A stretch of 64,000 nucleotides of DNA from Mytilus trossulus (taxonomy: Eukaryota). The notes below the pieces were generated by a model, which did not search any database, was not told the origin of the DNA, and saw only the letters and a program-made list of their open reading frames with translations. Shown here in pieces: positions 26,969-40,796 of this stretch. Within the stretch, counting starts at the first letter, position 1; each line of letters starts with the position of its first letter. The position numbers and the translations under genes are program-made. Location of the stretch: contig NC_086373.1 of assembly GCF_036588685.1 (NCBI RefSeq), forward strand, positions 96,100,001-96,164,000, read 5' to 3'.

Positions 26969-27815
26969 TGTGATCTCTCTTCGTTTATTTGTCTATTTTT
27001 CGTGTATCAAACATGTATTTTGACAGAAGCATATTGCCACATAAAGACGAAATGAACGACCTTGACCTAAAAGGCCTAGCTTTACTTGATATATTTTATT
27101 TTACCTTTTCCGATACAAAAAAAGTGGGACCAAAAAATAAATCAACAAATCAAAATAATTTCAAGATAAATTCTACGACATATTCTCAAAATTTTGAATA
27201 TAAAAACAAAAAAGTTCGAAATTTTTATCAGAAAGACTAAATTAAAGGTGTGTAAATCCGAACTAGACACCCAGATCGGTAAAAATAAAATCAAACATTT
27301 TAACCATGATTTCAATAATATAAAACCCCCAATTAAAATTATATATATTTGTTTCATTATATACACAACAATGCACTCTGACGCTTTATTTGAATAACAA
27401 TAAAAAAAATCTCTCAGAATACCAATTTTCGGTATTTGTACAGATCTGAGCTTAAAATATTGCGGGAAACGTGCTAAAGGAAAGTAGATGCAACGTACTC
27501 TGTTTACTGGTATAAAGGTGATCAAATATATTTCATGTTTATTTAACCAATTGACTTACCAATCAGATAAAAAAAAAAAAGGGAAGTTAAGGCAAAATTA
27601 ATATGATGAACAGTAATAATATTTGTAATTTCATGATAATTTTTCAATTTATATATATATGTAATATTATTATCTTTGCTGTCTATGTAAAGTCATTCTA
27701 GTTTGCAGTTCATTTTTTGACTCTCCAATAGTTATCAAAGGTAGGTACATAGAATTCCTCACAATTTGAACCTGAGACTACTATAACACATAGTAGTCTC
27801 AGTTTGAACATATAA

Positions 27816-29779
27816 GGGTACAAGTCAAATCGGCACCTGTTCAAATCGGCACCCATAGAAAAAGTCAAATCGGCACCTGGTTAATGCAGGGTTCACACAT
27901 TGCCGATTATTGCTCCCGTTTGAGATCAGACAGCAATACGATATGAAAAGTGAAAAAGTCGGATTGGTATCCTCAATTATCTGGAATGTCCTATCATTGT
28001 CTGAATGCATTCGTTTTAGTTCGTAACAGATTCCTACGGATGGGGAAGGGTCCGAATAGTTCGGCAAAGCATCCCGACAGTTAGGTGCGTCCCGTAACAT
28101 TCGGGGCAACTCAGCCGATTTTGTCTAATCGGATTACAATCGTGGCTATGTCGTGACAGATTCTGCTGTATCGGATCGAATTCCGAACAATGTCTTGTGT
28201 ATTCTGGACGGTGTCCTGTGGAACGGGAATGATCCGGAGTAATTTTTCGTAGCTGTTTTCCTGCTGATTGAGTCCAGATTTCATCCAGATCTTGTCGATT
28301 GCGAACGTTTTTTTGCCGAAACCATTCCGAAACAGTCCTGTTATTAATACGAAATTCGTCAATGGAACCCACGTCAGAGTCCCGACAACTACAGAATACA
28401 ATACGACTGAGACCAGACAAAGCCGTTTGCAATGAGATAGAGCGGAACGTAATAGGATTACGTTCCGACAGTACCTGATTATCCCGAATATGCCGACAGT
28501 TTTCGAACAAATAACTTCCGTCAGCGTCGGTTCACTGTCTGGTCACTGTCTGATCTCAATCGGATTACATTCGGTAGAGTCGGGACGCAGTCGTGACAGA
28601 CTCGGTCGAATTTTACCTGGCGAAAAATAGAAATCTGAGTAAAAGCGGATCCAGAACGGGATTATCGGCACTTATTCGCTTAGAAATGGTTGAATATCGG
28701 TGCTTCCTGAACACTATCTGATTGTTGTCGTGATCAAATGTTTTTTTTTTAAATTCTAATTTAAGTTTGAATTTCCATCCACGATTCACAGGATCTTGAT
28801 CAGACTTTTAATAAATTTTAATCGGGAATGGTCCTGTCAAGAATAGTCTCATTGGCACTCACACCACATCTTCCTATATCTAGTAAAAATCGTGAATGTG
28901 TGACCCCAGCTTAAATCGGCACCTGTTCAAATCGGCACTCAGTATAGTCAAATCGGCATCCAAAAATATTTGATATTATATATGTATAAATAATTTTAAA
29001 ATATATAAATTCATGATCTATTTTGGGGTTTGGATTTAATTATGCATAACATCACTAAAAAGCATCAAGCAGTTAGAAAACATAGGTTAATTATTTAAAG
29101 TTTTCCCAACATTCTATGACTGATGTTTTGATAAGTTTTCTTTTCAATTAATGTTAATAACTTTAATGAAGTACATAGTTAATATGTTTGTGGTTTTAAC
29201 TCAACAGTAGAATGTTAAAGGTATTTATTAATGTTTTATTCTTCAAAAACTTCATAAGAAACAAAGAAGCCCTTACACAATCTAATGTTTAACAATGAGA
29301 CAATTAGAAGCATAATTAAAAAAAGTGGAAAATTATGAGTCCCTTTCAATAATTCAAACTTTCATGCAAAATAATTAGCAATTCAAGGTGTTTTTCAGTA
29401 GAGTTTAAATAGCATTAAACCAACAATGTTGCAAAATGTTCAACTGTTAAAAAGTGCATAAAAAATATCCAGTACCGTACCTCATATATCATTGCAAGGA
29501 TTTGTATAGTGAAAATATAGTACAAATCCTTGATCATTGTATATATATATAACTAATACGCCTTAGATAAGAGAAAAATAACCCCTTCCTTATTTTTACT
29601 GTTTTTGCTGAAATTACTGTTAAAATATGTATATAAAACAAATCTAACATGGGTGCCGAATTGACTATATAAAGTGCCGATTTAACCAGGTGCCAATTTG
29701 ACTAGGTGCCGATTTGACTATACTGAGTGCCGATTTGACCGGGTGCCGATTTAACCAGGTGCCGATTTGACTAGAATTC
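27816..29779. mobile_element. Non-autonomous Mutator-like/foldback element with 9-bp TSD
   Basis: TSD aacatataa at 27807-27815 and 29780-29788. Inverted ends built of repeated gtcaaatcggcacc / ggtgccgatttgac motifs. The superfamily is inferred from TSD length. Confidence 0.8.
27885..28911. mobile_element. PIF/Harbinger-like non-autonomous element nested in the left arm of the foldback element
   Basis: Imperfect TIRs tgcagggttcacacattgccgatt / aatcgtgaatgtgtgaccccagct with TAA on both sides. Removing it restores the host motif ctggttaaatcggc. Confidence 0.75.
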
Positions 29780-29870
29780 AACATATAAGGCAGCAACCAT
29801 AAAATCAATACACACGCAAGACACCAGTTTCTACGTTATGCATTTATCGGTGAGTTCGTTAATACCAATG

Positions 29871-30642
29871 GCATCACTGAAGAGACATGTATTGTCGAAA
29901 TGCACATCTGGTGCAAGAAAATTGGTACCGTTAATTTTATTACTACCACTGGGTCGATGCCTCTGCTTGTGGACTATTAGTCCCCGAGGGTATCACCAGC
30001 CCAGTAGCCAGTTCTACGGTACTGGCATGAAAATACAGATATTTTTGTGTTATTAAAATTTGCTGTTACAAAATATTAGAAATTATTAAAAAATTAAGGA
30101 ATGTATCTCCCTCATGCAAAGCTCTGATTCCTTTTACGGATTTGGCTATACTTTTTGGACCTTTTGGATTATAGCTCTTCATCTTTTATATAAGCTTTGG
30201 ATTTCAAATATTTTGGCCATGAGCATCACTGAAGAGACATGTATTGTCGAAATGTGCATCTGGTGCAAGGAAATTGGTACCGTTAATTTTATTACTACCA
30301 CTGGGTCGATGCCTCTACTGGTGGACTATTAGTTCCAGAGGGTATCACCAGCCCAGTAGCCAGTACTACGGTACTGGCATGAAAATACGGATATTTTTGT
30401 GTTATTAAAATTTACTGTTACAAAATATTAGAAATTATTAAAAAATTAAGGAATGTATCTCCCTCATGCAAAGCTCTGTTTCTTTTTCCGGATTTGGCTA
30501 TACTTTTTGGACCTTTTGGATTATAGCTCTTCTTCTTTTATATAAGCTTTGGATTTCAAATATTTTGGCCACGAGCATCAGTGAGGAGACATGTATTCGA
30601 AATGCGCATCTGGTGCAAGAAAATTGGTACCGTTAGTTTTAT
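29871..30642. repeat. About 352-bp unit in tandem (2.2 copies), related to a dispersed repeat family
   Basis: gcatcactgaagagacatgtattgtcgaaatg starts at about 29871, 30223 and 30575. Related sequence lies near 52790 and 63890. Confidence 0.85.
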
Positions 30643-30644
30643 TT

Positions 30645-30960
30645 CTGAGGGTCCTGAGTTTGATTCTCACTCAGAAGGGTAATTTTCATCCTCTCACACA
30701 CTAATCTCTGGTACCCAGACCGGAGTATAAACTAGAATAGGTAATTTGGGGGCCTCGGTTGGTCAAAGTTGTCCCCTACTTTGACCTGCAGATCAATCTT
30801 TTGATATTTCTCGGGTTTGTCTGTTTCCACTGAGTGGCCTGATGGTTTTCTCCAAGTACTTAGGCTTCCTCCACCATAATAACAGACTTCCCGGTGTCCT
30901 AGCACTCCCTTTGTGTTGAGTGCACGTGGGGTTTGATTGTCCTTGTGAAAATAATTGTCT
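30645..30960 (+). mobile_element. Degenerate SINE fragment (V-domain-like)
   Basis: B-box-like gagtttgattctc and ggttttctccaagtacttaggcttcctcc, which resembles the V-SINE core. Confidence 0.45.
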
Positions 30961-33325
30961 AAGTCTTGAGCATTATATTAGAAACAATTGATTGCAATAG
31001 ATTATGTCAATATACGTATATAGTGTCTTGAAATAGGAAATTTATTTGTATGAGGCTTAGAAACGGGAAAATGGGAGCATTTTCCTGTTTCGTGCCGAAT
31101 ACAAATAAATTTCATATTTCAAGACACTATACATATATTGTCTTTATACTGAAATAAAAAAAAGTATTTTAAAATGAAAAAAAATATAAACAATTGTTAA
31201 AATAAGTGTTTGGAATTTACCTCTTGGGTTACCATTTTGGGGTATTTCCCTATGAGCTTAGTCCAGGCGGTAAGACATTGACATATTAAGGAATTAGAAA
31301 GGGAAAATGAACTTAATTAATAACATTTGATAAATATGGTATATAAATAACCAATTGTTTAAATTCATAAAAGTTTGACCATTGTTACTTTACGTTGTCA
31401 TGGTGGGGATGTGACGTTGTTGATGAAATACAGTAGTTCCGGTAAGGAGGCGGGGCTTATATGTTAGTTGAGGTCATCGACATATAAAGCTAACGTTTAT
31501 ACATATAGCTTTATCTGTATAGTAAAAAAGCTGATTGCAGTGTAAAAATTAGCATCAACTTTGTTAACTCCATAACAATTGTAATCACTAGATTTTAACA
31601 ATAGTCATGAGTATCTATTGTGAGTTTTGAATACAAACAAAAGAGTAGTTGAGTGAATTGATCAGCTATTGAATGGCTTTAAAGTTGATCAATATTGTAA
31701 GGGTTGAGTAGGATTGATACTTCAATGTATCAAATACCCTTGAAAGAAGTAGGTCCTGTTTCAGGTTCATCTAAAGAAAGATTTTGGACACTTTTTAAAC
31801 ACTGAAGTGCCTATTTCAATTCATTCAATTAGTTTATGTGAAAGTTTTTAACTGATTTAGTCATTAAAACGCTCCAAATCAAGATTAAATATGAAAAATC
31901 TATCAAATATGCCAAAAAACGTCACTTTTCAGATGGCTTTTGTCAAAAATGAAAGTGGCAGCATCAGTGTTCATCTTCAACTTTTATATATGTTATGTAT
32001 TATCATCTAATACAACTTGAATTTCAATATTATGAACAAACACAAATGCGGCCATTTTCATTTAAGACGGAAACCGTCTAAAATTTAACTGAAATGCTAA
32101 AATTGTGAAGATTTCAGTAATTTAGCATGACTTACCCAATTTATGTGCATTGTATTGTAAAAAAAAGCCCATATGTATATACATGTAGCAGAAGCATTCT
32201 ACCTTCAAGTAAATAGCTAAGGGTGCTATAAACAGTTTCGTATAAAAAACATGGGGTTATTCCCCCGACTAAAAATAACCATGGGAGGAAACCCCTGTTT
32301 ATTTACTTAATTGGGGGGAAAAGTATAATGTTTTTTGTATTTGATTGTAAAAATTTGTTAATTAGCTTTCTATTAAAACAGGTTGAATGATTGAAATAAT
32401 TTTAAAATACATGTTTTGAGGGGAGACAACACTGTAAACATCCTGTTTTTTTTGGCAGTGAAAATTGAAAACTTATTTGCAGTCGCTGTAGCTCTTTTCA
32501 GAGCAGGTAACTGAAACAAGATTTCATACAGTTTTGATTACAAAAATGTGCATGGATCATGTCTACATGGGTGTGCACATGACCTGATTTCATTTTTTTA
32601 CGTTCAAATTAGGCTTGTTTTTTTACTGTGTTCTTTGGATGGAATTTTTTTAATATATTAAAAGTACACTTTATTTTTATTTCATTATAAACTAGAGAAA
32701 ATTATGATTTCAGTGTTATCTAGTTTTATACAAGTATCTTTATTAATCATTCAACCACTAAGGGTCACTTATGCATGGTCCCTCAAAATATGACGTCATA
32801 GAAAAAAACTTGATTGCACCCTAAAAGATTACATTTTCACAAGTTTGTAAAACTGCTATATTTTAGGGCCAAAAAGGGTCTTACTGGACCTTCTCTTTTA
32901 CATGAGACAGTTGATATTCTTACATAATTGTAACAATTAAATATAATCGATATGATCATGAGTCTTAAACAGATAATACCAAAAACATTGGGCTCCAAGA
33001 AAAGATCAAATGGAAAGTTTGTAATCAAATGGCAAAAATCAAAAGCTCAAACACATTAAAACAAATGTAGAACAAGTGTCATATTCCTGACTTCTTATGC
33101 AGGAAAATGGTTTTATAATTTTATAAATTTGTTTTATAGCTAGCTAAACCTCTCACTTGTCATACTTGTGATTTTACCCACATTTTGTTGGTCAAAACCT
33201 TCAGACTTCCACTTTTTGAGATCTTTACCTTAGCTCAAGTAAATATAGAATATACCAATCTATCAAACTATAAAACAAGGCATGACTATATGTTTTAGGT
33301 TTACTCCAGAATTTATAAAAGATAT

Positions 33326-36197
33326 ATGATGGCCAGCACGAAACAACCTATTACTCTTGTTACTGGAAATAAGAAAAAGCTTGAAGAATTTGTTGCTATT
33401 TTAGGAAAAGATTTTCCTTTTGAGGTATGTGTTGAATTTTGTACATGTAGCTTTCATGATAAAGATATATTTAAGGTATTTATTTACATGCTAAGGATAT
33501 GATAAATAATGAACGTTATGAGTTTTATACAAATAAAAAAAGAAGATGTGGTATGATTGCCAATGTGACAACTCTCCACAAGAGATCAAAATGATACAGA
33601 AATTAAAAACTATAGGTCACTGTATGGCCTTCAACAATTGGTAAAGCCCATAGCGCACAGTCAGCTTTAAAAAGCCTGAAATGACAATGTAAAACAATTC
33701 AACAAGACTGGCTTCCTAACTTTTTCTACAAACATTTTTTTAAATCCTGGTAGTTATTTGTGAATGTGTGTTCTTCAAAAACACATTTACTTAATTATGA
33801 TACAACCTATTTCCCCAATGTCTTTAATATTTAAAGGCCTTACAGTTTGACATACATTACAGGCCCGTAGCCAGGAATTTCAAAAGGGGGGTTTGTTTGA
33901 CTCACAAACTCGACTTTAACAGTCACAATTCGAACAGAACATTGCCTTTAACAGTGCTTATTTGTTTTCAAGGGGGGTTCGTCCGAACCCCCCCTGGCTA
34001 CGGGTATGCATTATGAAATAAAGAGATTTGGTATGATTTCCAATGAGACAACTATCCCAAGTCATTACCATACAGCTTTCTACAATGAGAATAACCCATA
34101 CCTCATAACAAACTCTTAAAGTCCCTGACATGACAAAATGTGAAACAATTCAAACAAGAAAACCAATGATCTGATTTATGTATGAAAGAAATATTATATA
34201 CAGCAGCAAACTTGTAGAACTATCTGTTTATGATTTGTTTACCAGAAGATAAAAAGACTAGTGGTCACTTTTGCACTGTACAATTAACTGAAAAAAAGGT
34301 AATAGAGTCATCAAACTTTTGTGTAAATGTTTAACCGAAAATAAAAGAAAAAGAGTTTTGCCCCTTTGAATATTATTTATACGGAAAATTTCATTGTTAG
34401 CTATCTCATGTTTATAATTCTTGCAAGATTTTATTCATACTTTTTATCAGCAGTGCCTCAGACATTAGTACATTTTTTCTTGAAACATGAATATACTGAA
34501 TTGGAGGGGAGTTACTTCATGATGTTTGATACTTAAATTTTTAACCGGATTTTTGGGACAAAAATGTCGGTTATTGACTTGGGGATGTACGGCGGGCGGC
34601 CAGGCGACAATCAATGTTGTCCATGCATTAACTCATGAACCGTTCAACCAAATCTTTTAAAATTTCAATACATTGTTACTGACAACTAAATGAAGGTCAA
34701 GATCAATAATGGCGATTTTGACTTTTAACGTTTAGGAGTTATGGTTCTTGAAAGATGGAAAAATGGAGTTTCCAGACGTGTCCGTGTTTTTACGCATGAA
34801 CTGTTCTACCAAATCTTCCCAAATTTTTATATGTTGTTACTGTTGACAAAATAGAGGTAATGTTAAATTATGACGATTTTGACTTTTACCGTTCAGGAGT
34901 TATGGTTCTTGAAAGATCGTAAAATGGCATTTCCATTCAAGTTGTTGCATTTACTCATGAACCATTCAATCTAAGCTTTTCAAATTTTAATATGTTGATA
35001 CTGATGACAAGGTTGAGGTCAAATTTGATATTGACAATTTTTACTTTCACCGTTCATCAGTTATGGTTCTTGTGATATTGGCAGGACACAAATAAATGTT
35101 AATAAATCCGGTTTGCTGTCGTTGTGACAGCCTCTTGTTAGATATATCCCTTCAGGTACCTCTTATTTCAAATGTTCTTTATAAACATGTTATTTGGAGT
35201 GTTTTAGTGAGTTCAGATTCTTATTTAACTAATTTACTGTTATTTATATTAGGTGATTAGTAATGATGTAGATTTACCAGAATACCAGGGGGAGCCAGAT
35301 GAGGTAGCCAGATCTAAGTGTGAATTAGCATCATCACAAATCAAAGGTCCAGTGATTACTGAGGATACATGTTTATGTTTTAATGCTCTAGGTGGCATGC
35401 CTGGTCCTTATATCAAATGGTTTTTAGCAAAGATAGGTCCAGAAGGTAAGAAAAAGCATTACCGGTACATATACTGCAAGTAGGGATAAAAGAACTCGGA
35501 AAAATAGTAGAAACATTCTTATATTTGAATAATGGATTACATAATTTACATTTTATTACAAATTTTCTGCGAAGCAGTTCAGATCAAAATGGCTTAATTT
35601 TAGTTAGTTCATGCATTAGTTAAATTGATTTTTTATAAGACTTAAAATCACCCCTTTTGTTTTTGTGTATTTTCCTAAATGTGTTGGACCTTATGTACCT
35701 TGGATCTGAATGTGACTTAAATTTGTATGAGCTGCGCCTAATATATTGCATTAGTTGAAACATCTGAAAATATCAATTCAAAGTTAAAAGTATGCTAACA
35801 GACTGAAAAGTGGGTTTTTTTTTTTTTTTTTATTAAAATGGGCACAACTAATAATTATAAAAACACATTATAAATGAGTTAACACAAACATTTTGTAATT
35901 TCAGGTTTACATAAGATGTTAAATGGATTTGAAGATAAAACAGCATATGCCTTATGTACATTAGCTTATCATTCTGGCCTTGAAGGATCAGAGGTTATCT
36001 TATTTAGAGGTCAGACAGACGGTCAAATTGTCTCGCCTAAAGGACCAAGAGACTTTGGTTGGGATCCATGTTTCCAACCTGATAAGTTTACAGAGACCTA
36101 TGCAGAAATGCCAAAAGATGTAAAAAATACAATTTCACACAGATACAAAGCTGTGACAGCGTTGAGAGAACATTTTATAAAACTTGCAAAGTCATAA
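33326..36197 (+). CDS. ITPA: Inosine triphosphate pyrophosphatase (HAM1 family), 194 aa, 3 coding exons
   Basis: Exons 33326-33424 ([14 protein letters not shown]), 35253-35445 (DLPEYQG; [21 protein letters not shown]), 35905-36197 (FGWDPCFQP; KNTISHR). GT-AG introns, phases consistent, 585 nt. Confidence 0.97.
33860..34008. mobile_element. MITE with 5-bp direct flanks (catta)
   Basis: caggcccgtagccagg ... cctggctacgggtatg. Confidence 0.65.
34540..35139 (+). mobile_element. HINE-like element, copy 1 (ITPA intron 1)
   Basis: ttttaaccggatttt...ggcgggcgg...internal tandem units...aaatccggtttgctgtcgttgtgacagcctcttgtt. Subterminal IR aaccggattt/aaatccggtt and a 3' hairpin. Confidence 0.75.
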
Positions 36198-36229
36198 CAA
36201 TATAAATCTTTTATAGTCATTTGTCTTCA

Positions 36230-36820
36230 TTTTTAACCGGATTTTTGTGACAAAAATGTTGGTTATTGATTTGGGGATGTACAGCGGGCGGTTGGGTGGG
36301 CGCCAACCAAATGTTGTCAGTGCATTTACTCATGAACTGTTCAACCAAAGCTTTAAAAAAAAAATGATATGTTGTAACTGACAACAAAATGACCGTCAAG
36401 TTCAAGAATGACGATTTTGACTTTTACCGTTCAGGAGTTATGGTTCTTGAAAGATTGAAAAATGTAGTGTCCGTGCATTTACTCACGAACTTTTCATCCA
36501 AAGCTTTTCAGATTTTAATATGTTGTTACTGATGACAAAATGGAGGTCAAGTTCAATAATGTTGATTTTGACTTTTACCGTTCAGGAGTTATGGTTTTTG
36601 AAAGATAAAAAAATGGTGTTTTCATTCATTTTGTTGCATATACTCATGAACCTAAGCTCTTTCAATTTTGATATGTTGATACTGATGACAAAATGGAGGT
36701 CAAATTTGAAATCGATGATTTTCACTTTCACCGTTCATCATTTATGGTTCTTGTGATATTGCCAAGACACAAATAAATATTGATAAATCCGGTTTGCTGT
36801 CGTTGTGACAGCCTCTTGTT
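36230..36820 (+). mobile_element. HINE-like element, copy 2 (just 3' of the ITPA stop codon)
   Basis: Same termini and internal sequence as 34540-35139. Confidence 0.75.
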
Positions 36821-37285
36821 ATAAATTATGAATCTGAATTATTTGTCTACCAATTCATTAATAGGAAAGGTATATTTATATTATACTTTTGTACTAGCTA
36901 ACCCTATTGAAAGCTAGTGTGAGCTATAGCCATCCGTCCTTTCATCCTTTTCACTGTCCATCTGAAATATGCTTTTAAATCCTGCCCTTAAACCTCAAAA
37001 CTAATGGAAGCTAACTTTTCCATCCTTCTTATGGTGCAGTGGCTAGTTTCAAAAAGGGTGCTGATGTCCCTTTCATTTAACCAATATAAAGAAGAGCATA
37101 GGGCAAAACATGCTATATTTTCATTTCACCACTTACATATAAAGTTTTAAAAAGGATGGGTTTAGATCTTCAAAAAAAAATTCTAAAACCTGATGACCAA
37201 ATGGTCTTTGTTGGGAATTTGTATTTTTTTTCTCTCAGTGATGTTTTTCATCGAAGTGGTAAGTGACAAAACTAAGCATATTTTC

Positions 37286-37569
37286 TGTTGTAAACGTAGA
37301 ATTCCCAGCGTTCATAAGTTTATAACTTAACACCATTTTTGTAGAAAATAATAGTCAGGATTTATTCACACTACATGTATATACAAACATTACATAAAAT
37401 ACAAAATACACGGCATACACTCCAACAGTACAAACATTCAGCCATCTTGTTCATCTGGCAACCATCTCTCCCTCCCACGTCACTATCACACAACGTCAAA
37501 AATACGGGGACTAACGTTAACACTGTTTCGCGACATTACGGACATCAAGACAAAGTCATATTCACAACA
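37286..37569. mobile_element. Putative solo LTR
   Basis: Begins TGTTGT and ends ACAACA, 284 bp, with an internal minus-strand AATAAA. Flanked by a long direct duplication. Confidence 0.5.
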
Positions 37570-39298
37570 AAAAGGATGGGTTTAGATCTTCAAAAATTTT
37601 TTCTAAACCTTACCAAATGGTCTTTGTTGGGAATTTGTATTTTTTTCTCTCTGATGTTTTTCATCGAAGTGCTAGTGACGAAACTAAGCATATTTTCTAT
37701 CCTTACATTACTTCAATTTTTCTTTTGGGCTGCTATCAAAGAATGGCTTGGTACATCTAGGGATATTTTATTGTAATGAGTCATTGAAAAAGTATATTTA
37801 AACAAGTGAGTATTGCTTTTATAAAATGTCTTCTGTATTTCTAAAAAATCTGACATCAGTTACAATTAAAACATGTAAAATCAGTAGAGTATATGTGAAT
37901 GCACAATATGTTGTCTATAAATTTCCATGGGTGATAATCACAAATCATTTACAACCCCTCCCCCTTTTTGATTAGAAATATTGATCTTATCTCCCTTCAA
38001 ATCTTCACGAGAACATATTCAAACTAAAAGTATAATCAACCAAATATTTTAGTTTTGAGTTTGAAAACAGCTGTGTAGAAGGCATGGCAAAAGTAATTTT
38101 TGCAGAAATAAATCAGAATCTAGAATTTTACATTATTTAGCAATTCTAATATTACTACCTTACCTTTCTGAATGTTTCATATGACTTATTGCAATAAATA
38201 TGTGACTGCATACACATTTTATAGTTACTATGAAGTGGTATTCAAGTATTCAAGGATGGTAAATATGCTTTATCTAATCACTTTACACAATGAAAGACCT
38301 ATGCTTTTTTTCTTCAAAACAAGTAGCATCTTCACCAAATATTTTGATAACTAAAACAGGAATACTATAAATCAAGAAGCCATTGAGAAATGTAAGCCAA
38401 GTTACAATTAGAGAATGCTTGTTTTACCTTTGTAAAAATGATAAATTATATTTCATAAAGATAATCATTCAATAGAGCTTCTATGGGTAGTTCTAGACTT
38501 CTATAACATTAAAGATCTTCTGATATAGTAATGCATATCTTGGACTAAACCCATAGTTAACACTAATTGATGTGTCTTTATAAAAAAATAATCATCAAAA
38601 AGAGTTTCTATATGTAGACATAGAATTCTATATAAAGAAACATCTGATATTGTAATGTAAAGCTTGGACCAAATAAACTCATCATAGATATCAGGATTGA
38701 AATTTGGTATTTGAGCAAGATGTGTTTTGTCTAACCCATAGTAAACACTAATTGATATCTAAGATGTATAGATGGATAATGCATGACCATACTTCATAGT
38801 TATAGTTATTGTGTTTGCCTTGTAGCATCCAGCTGTAGTTATACAGGGCTCTTCTGATATTTTGTGTTTGCCTTGTAGTATCCAGCTGTAGTTATACAGC
38901 ACACTTCTGATATTTTTGCAATGCTTTTGTTTGTGTCATTGTACCAAGTCAGGCATAATATGACAGTTGTCCATTGGTTTGATGTGTTTTGTCATTTGAT
39001 TTTACCATTTGATTAGGGACTTTCCAATTGAATTTTCCTCGGAGTTCAGTACTTTTGTGATTTTACTTATTGTTAATCAGCAACTCCTTGAAAACGTATT
39101 TTCTGAATTCCACCAAACTAGCACAGATTCTACAACAATAAATAACATTGTGTGGCTACTATTATGGAGTTATCAGAGTGGTTTCATTGGGTTGACCATA
39201 AATATGGACAGTCATTTCCACTTACATCTATCTATATACATTTTCCTTAGGAGACTCCCATAAATTTAATTCATGTCTCAATTATTTTTGTGCGGTTA

Positions 39299-40466
39299 TT
39301 ATTAGCTCACCTGGCCTAAAAGGCCATGTGAGCCTTTCTCATCACTTTGCGTCCGTCGTCGTCTTCGTCGTCGTCTGTCGTCGTTTTAGAGCAAATCTGA
39401 CATGGGTAAAAATGTTCATTAGGTCAATATCTATCAGCCCTGAAATTTTTAGATGAATCAAACAACTCATTTTTGGGTTGCTGGTACTTAATTGGTAATT
39501 TTAAGGAAATTTTGCAGTTTTTGGTCATTATCTTGAATATTATTATAGATAAAGATAAACTATAAACAGCAAAAATGACCAGCAAAGTAAGATCTACAAA
39601 TAAGTTAAATATGACCAAAATTGTCAATTGACCCCTTAAGGGGTTATTGTCCTTTAATGACAATTTTTCACAATTTGTTCATCATATTTGCCAACTTTAA
39701 AAAATCTTCTCCTCTAAAACTACTCAACCAAATTCAACCAAACTTCAACTGAATGATCAGTAGGGTGTATAAAATAAAGTTTGTGCTTTATTTTTTATTT
39801 CGTCCAAAAACATGGCCGTCATGGCTAAAAATAGAACACAGGGTAAAATGCAGTTTTTGGCTTATATCTCATAAACTCCAGCATTTAGAGCAAATAAGAA
39901 AAGAAGTTAAAGTATTTATTAGGTCAAGGTCTACCTATCCTGAAATTTTCAGTCGAATTGGGTAACTGGTTTTTCAGGTATAATGCCCCTGAATTGATGA
40001 TTTTAAAGAAATTTTGCAGTTTTTGGTTATTATCTAGATACAGATAAACTGTTAATAACAAAAATGTTAAGCAAAGTCAGATCTACAAATATGTCAATTT
40101 GACCAAAATTGTCAATTGAACCCTTAAGGAGTTATTGCCCTTTAAAGACTTTTTTCACAATTTGTTCATCATTACTTTAAAAAATCTTCTCCTTTGAAAC
40201 TGCTGTATCAATTTCAGCCAAACTAAGGCTAAATGAGTTTCAGAGTATCTAGTATCAATTTTATATTTCATTTCCTTGTATGTCAAGAAACATAGCTCCT
40301 ATGGCCAAAATAGAACATAGGAGAAAATGATTTATATTTGCTTTTGAAGAAAATAGGACGATTCAAAGAACATTTAAATAAATTGAAAAGCCAAAATAAT
40401 CATTGATTAGAGATTTAACCAAAAAAATTAAGGTGAGCGATTCAGGCTCTTGAGAGCCTCTTGTTT
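39299..40466 (+). mobile_element. HINE-like element
   Basis: ttagctcacctggcctaaaaggccatgtgagc, (gtc)n microsatellite, internal duplication, end aggtgagcgattcaggctcttgagagcctcttgtt (subTIR gctcacct/aggtgagc plus hairpin). Confidence 0.75.
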
Positions 40467-40796
40467 AAACTACATGATTATAAAAAGATAACACGATAAC
40501 ACTATATAGAAGCTGATTTAATTTGGAAAATCCACACATTTGCAAAAAAAGAATTACTTTCCAATATATTTTTAATCATAGTTAAAAGATATTTATACAT
40601 GTGAATGTCTACAAACACAATATGTTTTCATGGCAACATTAAAAGTTGCTAAAAAAAGGTTTTCTGTGGCATTCAGTTAGATGTGTGTAGAAAAGTCAAA
40701 GTTTTCTAAAAAAAAAAATTAACATGTATAAAATCTAAAAATGATATAAAATGGCAAGTGACTAAATGGTCCTTAAACTAGATTAAAATCATAAAA

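Noticed and set aside
27825-28510. Overlapping 94-158 aa ORFs as a transposase or novel gene
   Set aside because: They lie in a GC-richer non-autonomous element where stops are rarer. No DDE or other recognisable motif.
27821-29775. CRISPR-like array of gtcaaatcggcacc repeats
   Set aside because: Eukaryotic context, no unique spacers of regular length, and the repeats are inverted at the two ends of a TSD-flanked transposon.
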